From the NCBI GenBank assembly GCA_048938855.1, contig JBHLLT010000031.1, positions 1-31,318 of the forward strand: DNA of 31,318 bases, given 5' to 3'. Positions 7,906 to 17,404 of this stretch are shown here, piece after piece. The notes under the pieces were generated by a model. It saw only the letters and a list, made by a program, of their open reading frames with translations, searched no databases and was not told the origin of the DNA. Made by a program: the position numbers and the translations under genes. Origin of the DNA: Promethearchaeota archaeon (GTDB taxonomy: Archaea > Asgardarchaeota > Lokiarchaeia > Sigyniarchaeales > SOKP01). The first letter of the stretch is position 1, and each line of letters begins with the position of its first letter.

Positions 7906-8592
7906 ATGAATTCCTCAAAACAAGAAAAATTAACTCCAACAAAAGCAAGAAGAGAAAGAGAGAAGGAACAAAGACGTGAAGACATAATTGAAGCGGCAGA
8001 AAAGTTATTCCTCTCTCAAGGTTTTGAAAATACGACAATGAAACAAATAGCTAATGAAGCGCAATATAGTAAAGGGACATTATACAATTATTATGACTCT
8101 AAAGATGACTTATATATTGCAATTGGAATACACGCATATTCTTTAATAATTAATTATACTAAGCAATTAATCGAGAAAGAAGGACCTGGTATAAAACAAC
8201 TTATGGCAGTGGGATATGCATATTATAAATTTTCTAAAGATTATCCAAATTATGCCTCAATTTTCCACGATATTGGGACAAAGCTTCCTGATATCATATC
8301 CAAGCCAAAAGCTGAGCTTTCGAACACTGAAAAAGAATATCTTGATATGAGTAATAAATATCGGGACCTTTTTGTAAATGTATTAACTGAAACAGTAAAA
8401 AATAAGGCAATTCGTGAAGATAAATCTCCTTTCATGATTGGTTATGTACTTTCGACAATTACAAGAGAATTAATCGAAGATTTAATGAATTCAAAAGATA
8501 GAATAAAGAAAATATTTAATTTGGAACCCGACGATGTTATCAATTTTACCTTTGAATTGATTGCAGATGGACTAAAACCAAGGGAACAATAA
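7906..8592 (+). CDS. TetR/AcrR family transcriptional regulator
   Basis: IIEAAEKLFLSQGFENTTMKQIANEAQYSKGTLYNYYDSKDDL is a classic TetR HTH. Confidence 0.95.
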   Translation: MNSSKQEKLTPTKARREREKEQRREDIIEAAEKLFLSQGFENTTMKQIANEAQYSKGTLYNYYDSKDDLYIAIGIHAYSLIINYTKQLIEKEGPGIKQLMAVGYAYYKFSKDYPNYASIFHDIGTKLPDIISKPKAELSNTEKEYLDMSNKYRDLFVNVLTETVKNKAIREDKSPFMIGYVLSTITRELIEDLMNSKDRIKKIFNLEPDDVINFTFELIADGLKPREQ

Positions 8593-8612
8593 AAAAAGAG
8601 GTCTAAAAGAAA

Positions 8613-9146
8613 ATGGTAAAAATTTTAGTTGTATATTATTCTCTCACGGGAAATACTAAATTTATCGCAGAAACAATAGCAAAATCGATAAATGCTGATA
8701 TTCTAAAATTAAAACCTGTGAAAGAACTCAATGCTGAAGGAGGAATGAAATATTTTTGGGGTGGATATCAAGCTACTATGAAAATGAAACCTAAATTGGA
8801 ACCATTCGATATCAATCCGCTCGATTATGATTTAATATTCATCGGATCACCTGTATGGGCTTGGAGACAGTCTCCTCCAATTAATTCTTTCTTGAAAAAA
8901 TTTGATCTTTCTGGAAAGGAAATAGCAATTTGGATGTGTGCTGCAGGAAATGGAGTAAAATCAATGAAACGATTTAAAGATGCTCTAAAAAATGCTGATA
9001 TCATAGGTGATATTTGTTTTCAAGAACCTTTACAAGCAGAAACTGATGCAGTTAAAGAAAAAGCTGTAGCATGGGCAAGAGAAAATCTTCAAAAAACAAT
9101 AAATTATGAGAAAACGTTGGGTTATGAAACAGAATTAATTAAATAA
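8613..9146 (+). CDS. Flavodoxin family protein
   Basis: YYSLTGNTKFIA FMN phosphate loop, YDLIFIGSPVW. Confidence 0.88.
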   Translation: MVKILVVYYSLTGNTKFIAETIAKSINADILKLKPVKELNAEGGMKYFWGGYQATMKMKPKLEPFDINPLDYDLIFIGSPVWAWRQSPPINSFLKKFDLSGKEIAIWMCAAGNGVKSMKRFKDALKNADIIGDICFQEPLQAETDAVKEKAVAWARENLQKTINYEKTLGYETELIK

Positions 9147-9169
9147 ATTCAAAAGAAAAGTGAATAACT

Positions 9170-9976
9170 ATGACAAATCTTATAAAAAAATATCCTCTAA
9201 TCAGTTATTTTATAATTGCATATATATCTACATGGTTATTAGTAATGCCATTAGTTTTAACCGGTTTAGGTATTTTAAATGTGAACATAATTTGGCATTT
9301 TTTAGGACCATTCGGTCCAACAATTTCTGCAATTATTGTAGTATATATATCAACCAAAAAAGAAGGACTTATAAGATTAAAAAATTCAATTATCAAATGG
9401 AGAATCGGTGTTTTTTGGATTCTATTTTCTGCTCTAATTATGCCAGTTTTCTTAATTTTAACCCTTTTATTGAATTTTGCTTTCACAGGGAATTTTATTA
9501 ATCTAGGATCTTACCTTGTCAATCAAGGAATTACTAACCCCTTGTCATTTATAATTTGGATATGGGTTGGAGCTATTTCTTATGGCGTTTTCGAAGAGAT
9601 TGGATGGAGGGGTTATGCTTTACCTAAGTTACAGGAAAAATATAATCCATTAATATCAACAATAATCCTAGCATTTGGTTGGGCAATTTGGCATGCGCCT
9701 ATGTTTTTTTATAGATTCAGTATAAATATGCTATTTGGATGGCTCTATGGGCTTTTTCTTGGAGCAATATTATTAACCTTCATTTACAACAGCACTGGTG
9801 GGAGCACACTAGCAGCAATTCTATTTCATATATCTAATAATATTTGCTGGTTATTTAACATCGCCGAAATTCAGATTTATTTAACTATAATGCTAAGTAT
9901 CCTTGTATTTATAATTTTGATTGTCTGGAAAAAGAACCTATCTGTAAAACCAATAGATTTAATGGAAAGACAATAA
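9170..9976 (+). CDS. CPBP (CAAX protease/Abi) intramembrane metalloprotease
   Basis: EEIGWRG, WAIWH and HISNN motifs; many transmembrane segments. Confidence 0.92.
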   Translation: MTNLIKKYPLISYFIIAYISTWLLVMPLVLTGLGILNVNIIWHFLGPFGPTISAIIVVYISTKKEGLIRLKNSIIKWRIGVFWILFSALIMPVFLILTLLLNFAFTGNFINLGSYLVNQGITNPLSFIIWIWVGAISYGVFEEIGWRGYALPKLQEKYNPLISTIILAFGWAIWHAPMFFYRFSINMLFGWLYGLFLGAILLTFIYNSTGGSTLAAILFHISNNICWLFNIAEIQIYLTIMLSILVFIILIVWKKNLSVKPIDLMERQ

Positions 9977-10002
9977 AAATCTAAATTTTCTTTTTAAAAA
10001 TT

Positions 10003-10215
10003 TTAATCAATACCAATCATTACGTTTGATGCTTTGATAATAGCATAAACTTTCTTTCCTTCCACCAAACCTAGACGTTCAGTAGAACTTTTTGTAATAA
10101 TGGAAACAATTTCGATTCCATCCGCAATTTCAACGACTATCTCAGAATTAACAGCACCGGGGGTGACTCTTTTTATTTTTCCGTTTAATACATTTCGAGC
10201 GCTAATTTTATTCAT
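10003..10215 (-). CDS. mop: Mop/molbindin (single TOBE domain) molybdate/tungstate-binding protein
   Basis: ISARNVLNGKI, SIITKSSTERLGL, AIIKASNV; 70 aa. Confidence 0.92.
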   Translation of the reverse strand: MNKISARNVLNGKIKRVTPGAVNSEIVVEIADGIEIVSIITKSSTERLGLVEGKKVYAIIKASNVMIGID

Positions 10216-10350
10216 AATATTTATAAGATTTTTTGAAAATTTAATTCTCTGGATAATAAATTATTAATTTTAGGATTATAGAAGAATTTGTTAAAACTAA
10301 TAATAATCAACCGTATTCATAACCTTTTTATTATATTTAAAATTATATTT

Positions 10351-10378
10351 TTCGTTATGTATACTCATACATATCAAT
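10351..10378. promoter_or_regulatory. ModE-type operator in the mop/tupA divergent region
   Basis: TTCGTTATGTA-TACTCA-TACATATCAAT versus the remembered ModE consensus ATCGNTATATA-N6-TATATANCGAT; 47 bp before the tupA ATG. Confidence 0.7.
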
Positions 10379-10425
10379 AATTTTTGAATTAAAACAAACT
10401 CTATAGATAAATTTTAAGATCAAAT

Positions 10426-11460
10426 ATGTCGACAAGAAAATCATTAACAACAATATTAGGAGAACACAAAACAGCTATAATTTTAGCTGTTATAATCATT
10501 GCAGGGGGTTCTGTTGGCACATATTTTACAATTGACTATTTGAATGCTCAAAATCCAGAAAAAATAATATTAGCAACTACTACATCTACATACGATTCAG
10601 GATTGCTAGATTATTTACTTCCAAAATTTACTGAGCAGACAGGAATTCAAATCAAAGTATTATCAGTTGGTACAGGAACAGCCATACAATATGGTAAAGA
10701 TGGGAATGCAGATGTAATTCTTGTTCATTCAAGATCAAGAGAGAATGATTTTGTTAATGCTAGTCTTGGGGTTGGTAATATTCCATATGGTATTTATCGT
10801 GCTTGTATTATGTACAATGATTTCATAATTGTTGGTCATTATTCTAATCCAGCAAATCTATTACCTGGAGATAATATAACAACAGTAATGACAAAATTAA
10901 GAGATGCTATTGATGCTGGTAATATGACATTTTATTCTAGAGGTGATAATTCTGGAACTCACTCGAAAGAAAAAGCATTATGGGCAGAGATAGGTGTTGT
11001 TGCAGCAACAAGGTGGGCAGGTCAACCAGATAAATATACAGAAACAGGACAGGGGATGGCTGCTACTTTATTAATGACTTATGAAGATGATGATCCAGCT
11101 AATGAAGGATACACACTTATAGATAGAGGGACATGGCTCTCATTTAATGATACTTATACTTCTTTAAATATTCTAGCAGAATCTGTTGTTGGTGAGGATT
11201 ATTTACTCAATCCATATGGTGCCATTCCTGTTAATCCAGTTTTATATTCACATGTAAAATTTACTTCTGCGAGTAGATTTATTGGCTTTCTCACATCTCA
11301 GTATGGACAAGATCTAATTAATGCTTATAAAAAAAATAACGCGATCTTGTTTCATGCCGACTTTGGATCTTGTAATATCAGTACTAGTTGTGACACTACT
11401 GATGAGGAAATCGCAATATGGACTCCCTTTCAAGCAGAATTTGCAGGTCTAACTATTTAA
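10426..11460 (+). CDS. tupA: Tungstate ABC transporter substrate-binding protein
   Basis: ATTTSTYDSGLL (TupA TTTS signature), VGTG, DVILVH, MYNDFIIVG, SRGDNSGTH; N-terminal membrane anchor. Confidence 0.92.
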   Translation: MSTRKSLTTILGEHKTAIILAVIIIAGGSVGTYFTIDYLNAQNPEKIILATTTSTYDSGLLDYLLPKFTEQTGIQIKVLSVGTGTAIQYGKDGNADVILVHSRSRENDFVNASLGVGNIPYGIYRACIMYNDFIIVGHYSNPANLLPGDNITTVMTKLRDAIDAGNMTFYSRGDNSGTHSKEKALWAEIGVVAATRWAGQPDKYTETGQGMAATLLMTYEDDDPANEGYTLIDRGTWLSFNDTYTSLNILAESVVGEDYLLNPYGAIPVNPVLYSHVKFTSASRFIGFLTSQYGQDLINAYKKNNAILFHADFGSCNISTSCDTTDEEIAIWTPFQAEFAGLTI

Positions 11461-11529
11461 AAGAATTTAACCATAAATTATAATTTTAATATATTTTTTT
11501 TAAATGAAACAGGCATTAATGATTGAACT

Positions 11530-12225
11530 ATGGCGAATGATATTATACAGGGAATATTAGAAGCCCTAAGATTGATGTTTACGTTTGATCCTGAATTATG
11601 GAGTGTGATTGGTACATCTTTCAGAGTGTCCCTAACATCGACCTTTATAGCGGCGTTGATTGCATTACCAATTGGATCATTTATAGGTTTAAGAAAATTT
11701 AGAGGGAAAAAAGGATTAACAAACTTAATAAATACTTTTATGGGATTTCCCCCTGTAGTAATGGGGCTAATAGTGTATTTGTTACTCTCTCGAAATGGTC
11801 CATTTGGTTCTTTGGGCTTATTATATTCCACAACAGCTATGATCATAGCTCAAATTCTTTTAGCAATCCCAATTATTATGGGTACAGCTAAAGCTGCTAT
11901 TGAAAGTATAGATCCTGCCTTAAAGGAAACCGTCCTCTCTTTAGGGGCAACTGAACGTCAATTATGGTGGGAGTTAATCAAACAGTCAAAAAAGTCTATT
12001 ATCGCAGGATTCCTTGTTGCTTTTGGTCAAGCAATATCGGAGGTGGGTGCTGTTATGATTGTAGGAGGCAATATCCGATGGGAAACTAGGACATTTACAA
12101 CTTCTATTGTACTTCAAACACGTATGGGAGAATTTGGAATGGCAATTGCATTGGGTGTGATTCTTATAGCAACTTCTTTTATTGTAAATTACGGAATGAC
12201 TCGATTGCAATCCAGAGCTGATTAG
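11530..12225 (+). CDS. tupB: Tungstate ABC transporter permease
   Basis: NTFMGFPPVVMGL, LSRNGPFG, AISEVGAVMIVGGNI...TR. Confidence 0.92.
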   Translation: MANDIIQGILEALRLMFTFDPELWSVIGTSFRVSLTSTFIAALIALPIGSFIGLRKFRGKKGLTNLINTFMGFPPVVMGLIVYLLLSRNGPFGSLGLLYSTTAMIIAQILLAIPIIMGTAKAAIESIDPALKETVLSLGATERQLWWELIKQSKKSIIAGFLVAFGQAISEVGAVMIVGGNIRWETRTFTTSIVLQTRMGEFGMAIALGVILIATSFIVNYGMTRLQSRAD

Positions 12226-12226
12226 A

Positions 12227-13318
12227 ATGAAATTAATTGAAGTTAAAAACCTGAGCAAAGGATTTTACAAAGAAGACAAATCAATTATTGAAGTTCTTTC
12301 CCATATCAACTTTTCAGTTAAAAAGGGTGAGTGCTTCATTATAATCGGTCCGAATGGAAGCGGTAAAACTACATTATTAAGATTAATCGGTTTGCTTGAT
12401 TTACCAACAGAAGGGAGAATATTTTATGATAACCAAGATTTAACAAAAATCTCTAGTACTATGAAAGTGAAATATCGAAGAAAATTCTCCTTTGTTAGGC
12501 AAAAGCCAGTAGTTCGAAGTACAACTGTATTTAATAATATTGCTTATGGATTAAAAATACGGGGTATCAAATTTAATGATTATAAGGATTCTATAAATCA
12601 AATGATTGAATATATCGGATTGAAGGGTATGGAAAACAAAAATGCTCATTCACTATCAGGAGGAGAAATGCAACGTGTAGCGATTGCAATGAACTTCATT
12701 ATTGAACCCGAGCTTTATCTATTAGACGAAGTTTCAGCTAACCTCGATTCGATGAATACTAAATTATTAGACGATTTTATTATGAGAATAAAGCAAAATA
12801 AGGAAAAAACTATTATAATGAGTACTCATGATCCCCTCGAAGCGATTAAATATGCTGATCGCATTGCTGTTCTCAATAATGGGCAAATAACTCAAATAGG
12901 AACCCCCAATGAAATATTTATTGCCCCAAAGGATGAGTTTACTGCTTTATTTGTTGGTTATGAAAATATTTTATATGGATTTGCTGAAGTTGATAAAGCA
13001 ACTGGGTTGTCTCAGATTAAAGTTGGTGATTTAATTATAACCACCTCAAGTCAACAGGAAGGTGAAGTAAAAGTTTGTATAAGACCTGAAAGTATTGGAA
13101 TCGTTAAGGAACCTGCAAAAAATACAAGTTATAGAAATACATTCAAAGGTACTATTGAAAATATACGTGAGTTGGGTAACATTTGTCACCTAATTGTTAA
13201 ATGTAAAACTGAGAAATTTTTAATTACAATAACTGAATTATCACGTAAGAATTTGCAGTTAACATTAGACTCTGAAGTATTTATCAATTTTAAAGCCACA
13301 GATGTTAAATTATTATAA
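12227..13318 (+). CDS. tupC: Tungstate ABC transporter ATP-binding protein with C-terminal TOBE domain
   Basis: GPNGSGKT, LSGGEMQR, LLDE, STHD; C-terminal RNTFKGTI...FKATDV. Confidence 0.88.
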   Translation: MKLIEVKNLSKGFYKEDKSIIEVLSHINFSVKKGECFIIIGPNGSGKTTLLRLIGLLDLPTEGRIFYDNQDLTKISSTMKVKYRRKFSFVRQKPVVRSTTVFNNIAYGLKIRGIKFNDYKDSINQMIEYIGLKGMENKNAHSLSGGEMQRVAIAMNFIIEPELYLLDEVSANLDSMNTKLLDDFIMRIKQNKEKTIIMSTHDPLEAIKYADRIAVLNNGQITQIGTPNEIFIAPKDEFTALFVGYENILYGFAEVDKATGLSQIKVGDLIITTSSQQEGEVKVCIRPESIGIVKEPAKNTSYRNTFKGTIENIRELGNICHLIVKCKTEKFLITITELSRKNLQLTLDSEVFINFKATDVKLL

Positions 13319-13406
13319 ATAAATTTTTAAGAAATTTCAATTTACAATAAAATAAGATCGATATGTTTATAAGAACAGAAAGAATTTTTTAAGACTTCAA
13401 GCTAAA

Positions 13407-13844
13407 ATGATTGATATCTCTGAAAAAGACACAATTTATAGAACGGCAACGGCATCTGGAAAGATCAAACTTAAGAAAGAAACAATTGTCAGAATAAAAT
13501 CTAATAATGTAGAAAAAGGAGATGCTCTTACTATTGCAAAAGTTTCAGCTATTAATGCAGTTAAGAAAGTACCAGAATTAATTCCATTCTGTCATTCAAT
13601 TTCAATAACAAATATTAAATTAGATTTTGAAATTGAAGAAGAAGATATAAAAGTTATTTGTAAAGTTAAAAGTATTGCTAAAACTGGAGTCGAGATGGAA
13701 GCTTTAACTGGAGTTAATATTGCACTTTTGAATTTATGGGATATAGTCAAAATGTATGAAAAAGATGAAAAAGGGCAATATCCAAATACACAAATTTTCG
13801 ATATTAAAGTCGACAAGAAAGTAAAAGGTGCAGTGTTTCAGTAG
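13407..13844 (+). CDS. moaC: Cyclic pyranopterin monophosphate synthase
   Basis: MIDISEK, RTATASG, LIPFCH, TGVEMEAL, LWDIVK. Confidence 0.95.
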   Translation: MIDISEKDTIYRTATASGKIKLKKETIVRIKSNNVEKGDALTIAKVSAINAVKKVPELIPFCHSISITNIKLDFEIEEEDIKVICKVKSIAKTGVEMEALTGVNIALLNLWDIVKMYEKDEKGQYPNTQIFDIKVDKKVKGAVFQ

Positions 13845-13845
13845 A

Positions 13846-14766
13846 ATGAAGGACAAAAGCAATAGGGAAATTAAACACATCAGATTTTCTATTACTTCCA
13901 AATGTAATTATAATTGTATTTATTGTGACCAAGAAGGATTTATCCCTAAGACTTCTGAACTAACAGTAGATGAGATAACTAAATTATGTAGAATCCTAGC
14001 AGAAATTTTAAACGTCACTAGGATCAAATTAACGGGAGGTGAACCGCTATGCCGCGAAGAAATCGTACAAATTATAAAAAACATTTCTAATTTGAATCTA
14101 TATAAAGACATCTCCATGACAACAAATGGTTTCCTATTATATGAAAAAGCAGAAGAATTATATAAAGCTGGATTAAATCGAATAAATGTTTCTCTAGGAT
14201 CTCTCAATTCAGAAACATACAGAAATATTTATGGGTCAGATTCTCTGGAAGTTGTTTTAAAGGGGTTAAATCGGGCAAAGGAAGTTGGATTTAATCCAAT
14301 TAAATTAAATTTTGTCATAATGAGAGGGATAAATGATAATGAATTAGATAATATGATTGCATTCTGTGGAGAAAATGGATACATCCTACAATTAATTGAA
14401 CTACATGAAGCTTCAGAAGCGGTGGGGGGGAATGGTGAATTTTATAAAAAGCATTATGTAGATATAAAACCTATTATAGAAAATCTTGAATCGAAAGCTG
14501 AACAAACCATAATAAGGGGCTCCATGCAAAACCGAAAAGTCTTTGTATTACCTAATTCTGCTGTTGTTGAAACAATTACACCTAGTCATGAGTTTTGTAT
14601 GGGATGTACAAAACTTAGAGTCGGGTGCGATGGAAATTTATTTGGATGCTTGTATCGTTCAGATCTAGGAAAAAATATTAAGGACGCGATAAGAAACCAT
14701 CATTCATTATCAAAATATGAACAAATTGTGAAACAGGTTGTTGATTCTCGAGAGCCTTATTATTAA
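13846..14766 (+). CDS. moaA: GTP 3',8-cyclase (radical SAM)
   Basis: CNYNCIYC, LTGGEPL, MTTNG, C-terminal FCMGC-x13-C second cluster, archaeal-type REPYY end. ATG 13846, just after the moaC stop, is preferred to GTG 13828. Confidence 0.93.
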   Translation: MKDKSNREIKHIRFSITSKCNYNCIYCDQEGFIPKTSELTVDEITKLCRILAEILNVTRIKLTGGEPLCREEIVQIIKNISNLNLYKDISMTTNGFLLYEKAEELYKAGLNRINVSLGSLNSETYRNIYGSDSLEVVLKGLNRAKEVGFNPIKLNFVIMRGINDNELDNMIAFCGENGYILQLIELHEASEAVGGNGEFYKKHYVDIKPIIENLESKAEQTIIRGSMQNRKVFVLPNSAVVETITPSHEFCMGCTKLRVGCDGNLFGCLYRSDLGKNIKDAIRNHHSLSKYEQIVKQVVDSREPYY

Positions 14767-14787
14767 ATAATTTAAAAATATGATTAT

Positions 14788-15066
14788 ATGATTGTAGAAG
14801 TACTCTATTTTGCTGAGTTTAAAGATATTACCTCTAAAGAAAAAGAAAAAATGGAAATAAAGGACACTTTAGAGGATTTATTGAATTTATTATATGAGAG
14901 ATATAATTCTTTTCAAAAATTAATATGGGATGAAAATACTCAAAGAATACATAATTTAATTTCAATCATAATTAACAATCAAGCAATTTATGAAAAAGAT
15001 CCATCAAAAATAAATTTAAAGGATGGAGATACGATTGCCTTTTTATTGCCCGTTTCAGGAGGATAA
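14788..15066 (+). CDS. moaD: MoaD/SAMP ubiquitin-like sulfur carrier
   Basis: VLYFA start; LKDGDTIAFLLPVSGG C-terminal diglycine. Confidence 0.92.
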   Translation: MIVEVLYFAEFKDITSKEKEKMEIKDTLEDLLNLLYERYNSFQKLIWDENTQRIHNLISIIINNQAIYEKDPSKINLKDGDTIAFLLPVSGG

Positions 15067-15070
15067 AAAT

Positions 15071-15517
15071 ATGCCTTTAATTGAAAAAAATGTAGAATCT
15101 GGTATTTATAATAAAGGGGAGATTGATCTTGAAAAAATAATTAAATCACTAAAAGCGGATCCAAATATTACTAAGGCAGGTTCTATACACACATTCACTG
15201 GGATCGTCAGAGATAATTCTCTTAATGGTAAACCGGTCATCAGCATGAAAATTGACGCATATGATGAATTAGCAAATAAGAGTATTACTAAAATTTGTGA
15301 GACACTAAAGCAAAACGATGGGATAATTGAAGTTAAAATTATCCACTTAAAGGGGGATTTTGGACTTTCCGAAGATTTAGTTTATGTTGTAGTAGCATCA
15401 GCGCATAGAAAAGAAGGTTTTGAAGCGATTAGTAATGCAGTTGAAATGTATAAAAAAGAAATTGCTGTGTGGAAGCGAGAAGATTTTACTGATGGTACAT
15501 CTGAATGGATCCATTAA
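15071..15517 (+). CDS. moaE: Molybdopterin synthase catalytic subunit
   Basis: GSIHTFTGIVR, IIHLKG, ASAHRKEGF, KKEIAVWKRE...W. ATG 15071 after the moaD stop is preferred to 15023. Confidence 0.92.
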   Translation: MPLIEKNVESGIYNKGEIDLEKIIKSLKADPNITKAGSIHTFTGIVRDNSLNGKPVISMKIDAYDELANKSITKICETLKQNDGIIEVKIIHLKGDFGLSEDLVYVVVASAHRKEGFEAISNAVEMYKKEIAVWKREDFTDGTSEWIH

Positions 15518-15576
15518 AAATCCTAAAGAAGAATGATTAAGATTATATGAATAATAAGTATTACTGAACAAAGTGA

Positions 15577-16809
15577 TTGTTCATGAAATTTCTTAAAACT
15601 ATTAGCGTAAAAGAGTTTAGACAAGTACTTAATTCTATACAAAGGATAGAAACGGGAGAAGAATTAATCAGTTTAAATGATTCCTTTAACAGAACAATTT
15701 CAAAAGATATAATTAGTAGAATTAATGTCCCACATTTTAGAAAATCACGAATGGATGGATATGCCGTCATGGCAGAAGATACTTTTGGCGCGGAAGAAGA
15801 TAACATAATTGAACTTGAATTAGTTGAGATAATTCAAGCGGGAGATATACCCCAAAAAAAGTTAAGTCAAGGCCAATGTTCTTATTTAGCAACAGGAGGA
15901 GCTATCCCTGAGAATTCCAATGCAGTATTAATGGTAGAATTTACAGAAAAAAGAGAAAATAAAGTTTTAATTTCCAATGCTGTCTCGCCTGGAACTCATG
16001 TTATTGCAGTTGGGCATGATGTAAAAAAAGGAGATGTTATAGTTAAGAAGAATTCATTAATTAATTTAGCGACCATAGGTATTCTTGCTTCGTGTGGAAT
16101 TAAAAAGGTTCCAGTATATATTAAACCAAAAGTAAGCCTAATAAGCACAGGAAATGAATTAGTTACCCAAGATGTAAAAGAACTAGATATTGGTAAGATT
16201 TATGATGTAAATTCCTTTGTTTTGACAAGAGCTATTGAAAATACAGGTGTTCAACTAAGCTATTTAGGGATTGTGAGAGATAACTATGAAGATTTAAAGA
16301 ATAATATTGATAAAGCATTAAATGATAGCGACATTGTCATTTTATCAGGAGGTACGTCAAAAGGAGAAGGGGATTTAGGCCCTAAAGTTTTAGAAGAATA
16401 TAAAAATATTGAAATTTTTGTTCATGGAGTAAAAATAAAGCCAGGAAAACCAATTATTTTCGTAAAAATGGAAAAAAAAATACTATTTATTTTACCTGGT
16501 TATCCTACTTCTGCGTTAAGTTGTTTTTATGTATTTATTGACAATTTTTTAAGAAGAATGTCTGGTTTTCCTTTACGAGATAAATTTGCCAAAGAATTAG
16601 TTACGGGTGAAAGAATTTATAGTACAATCGGTAGGCATGAATTTAAAGCTGTTAAGATTCAAGAACAAGACGGAATAAGCAAAATTTTTCCTATTAAAAC
16701 TGGTTCGGAAGCAATAAGTACGATATTTCAAAGTGATGGTTATATAGAAATAGATGAACTAGAATCCGTAATAGAAAAAGGAGAATTAAGAAAAGTATTC
16801 TTCTTCTAA
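15577..16809 (+). CDS. moeA: Molybdopterin metal (Mo/W) insertase, paralogue 1 (start TTG 15577 or ATG 15583)
   Basis: PHFRKSRMDGYAV, ATGGAIP, ISTGNEL, SGGTSKG, IKPGKP, LPGYPTS. Confidence 0.93.
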   Translation: MFMKFLKTISVKEFRQVLNSIQRIETGEELISLNDSFNRTISKDIISRINVPHFRKSRMDGYAVMAEDTFGAEEDNIIELELVEIIQAGDIPQKKLSQGQCSYLATGGAIPENSNAVLMVEFTEKRENKVLISNAVSPGTHVIAVGHDVKKGDVIVKKNSLINLATIGILASCGIKKVPVYIKPKVSLISTGNELVTQDVKELDIGKIYDVNSFVLTRAIENTGVQLSYLGIVRDNYEDLKNNIDKALNDSDIVILSGGTSKGEGDLGPKVLEEYKNIEIFVHGVKIKPGKPIIFVKMEKKILFILPGYPTSALSCFYVFIDNFLRRMSGFPLRDKFAKELVTGERIYSTIGRHEFKAVKIQEQDGISKIFPIKTGSEAISTIFQSDGYIEIDELESVIEKGELRKVFFF

Positions 16810-16834
16810 TAAAAATTAAATAATATAAGGAAGA

Positions 16835-17404
16835 GTGATAAAAATAAAAGAAACCCACAAAGTCCCTGATGAACATAAAAAGAAGGCTCCTCAAGAAATA
16901 AATCTAGCTTTAATAATTGTTAGTACTAGTCGATATAATGAAAAAAATACTGGAAAAAGAACTTCAGATAAAACAATTCCTAAAGTTGAGCAATTATTAA
17001 AGGATGAGCAAAAGATAAAATTAGAATTTAATAGTATCATTCCAGACTCAGAAGATGAAATAAAACGAGTAACATTACAATTATTAAAAAATCCTAAAAT
17101 TGATGCAATAATTTTCAGTGGTGGTACAGGTCTATCACCGAAAGATATCACGTATGAAACATTGGAACCAAGGTTGGGAAAAAAATTTGATGGATTTGGA
17201 GAATTATTTAGATCTCTTTCCTACAATGAAATAGGTTCCTCTGCTATGCTCTCTAGAGCTACAGCTGGTATTCTAGAAGGCAAAAAGAAAAATGTAGCAG
17301 TTTTTTTACTTCCAGGATCTCCGAATGCAGTCCGGTTGGCCCTTCAATATATTCTTATACCTGAACTGGGTCATATTTTATATTTAATCAATAAGGAAGA
17401 GTGA
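16835..17404 (+). CDS. moaB: MoaB/MogA family molybdopterin adenylyltransferase
   Basis: IIVSTS, SDKT, IIPD, SGGTGLSPKDIT, GFGELFR, AMLSRA, LPGSPNAV. Confidence 0.92.
   Translation: MIKIKETHKVPDEHKKKAPQEINLALIIVSTSRYNEKNTGKRTSDKTIPKVEQLLKDEQKIKLEFNSIIPDSEDEIKRVTLQLLKNPKIDAIIFSGGTGLSPKDITYETLEPRLGKKFDGFGELFRSLSYNEIGSSAMLSRATAGILEGKKKNVAVFLLPGSPNAVRLALQYILIPELGHILYLINKEE

Noticed and set aside
13846-14766. Radical SAM gene as the missing QueE
   Set aside because: The C-terminal second Fe-S motif and position between moaC and moaD identify it as MoaA.
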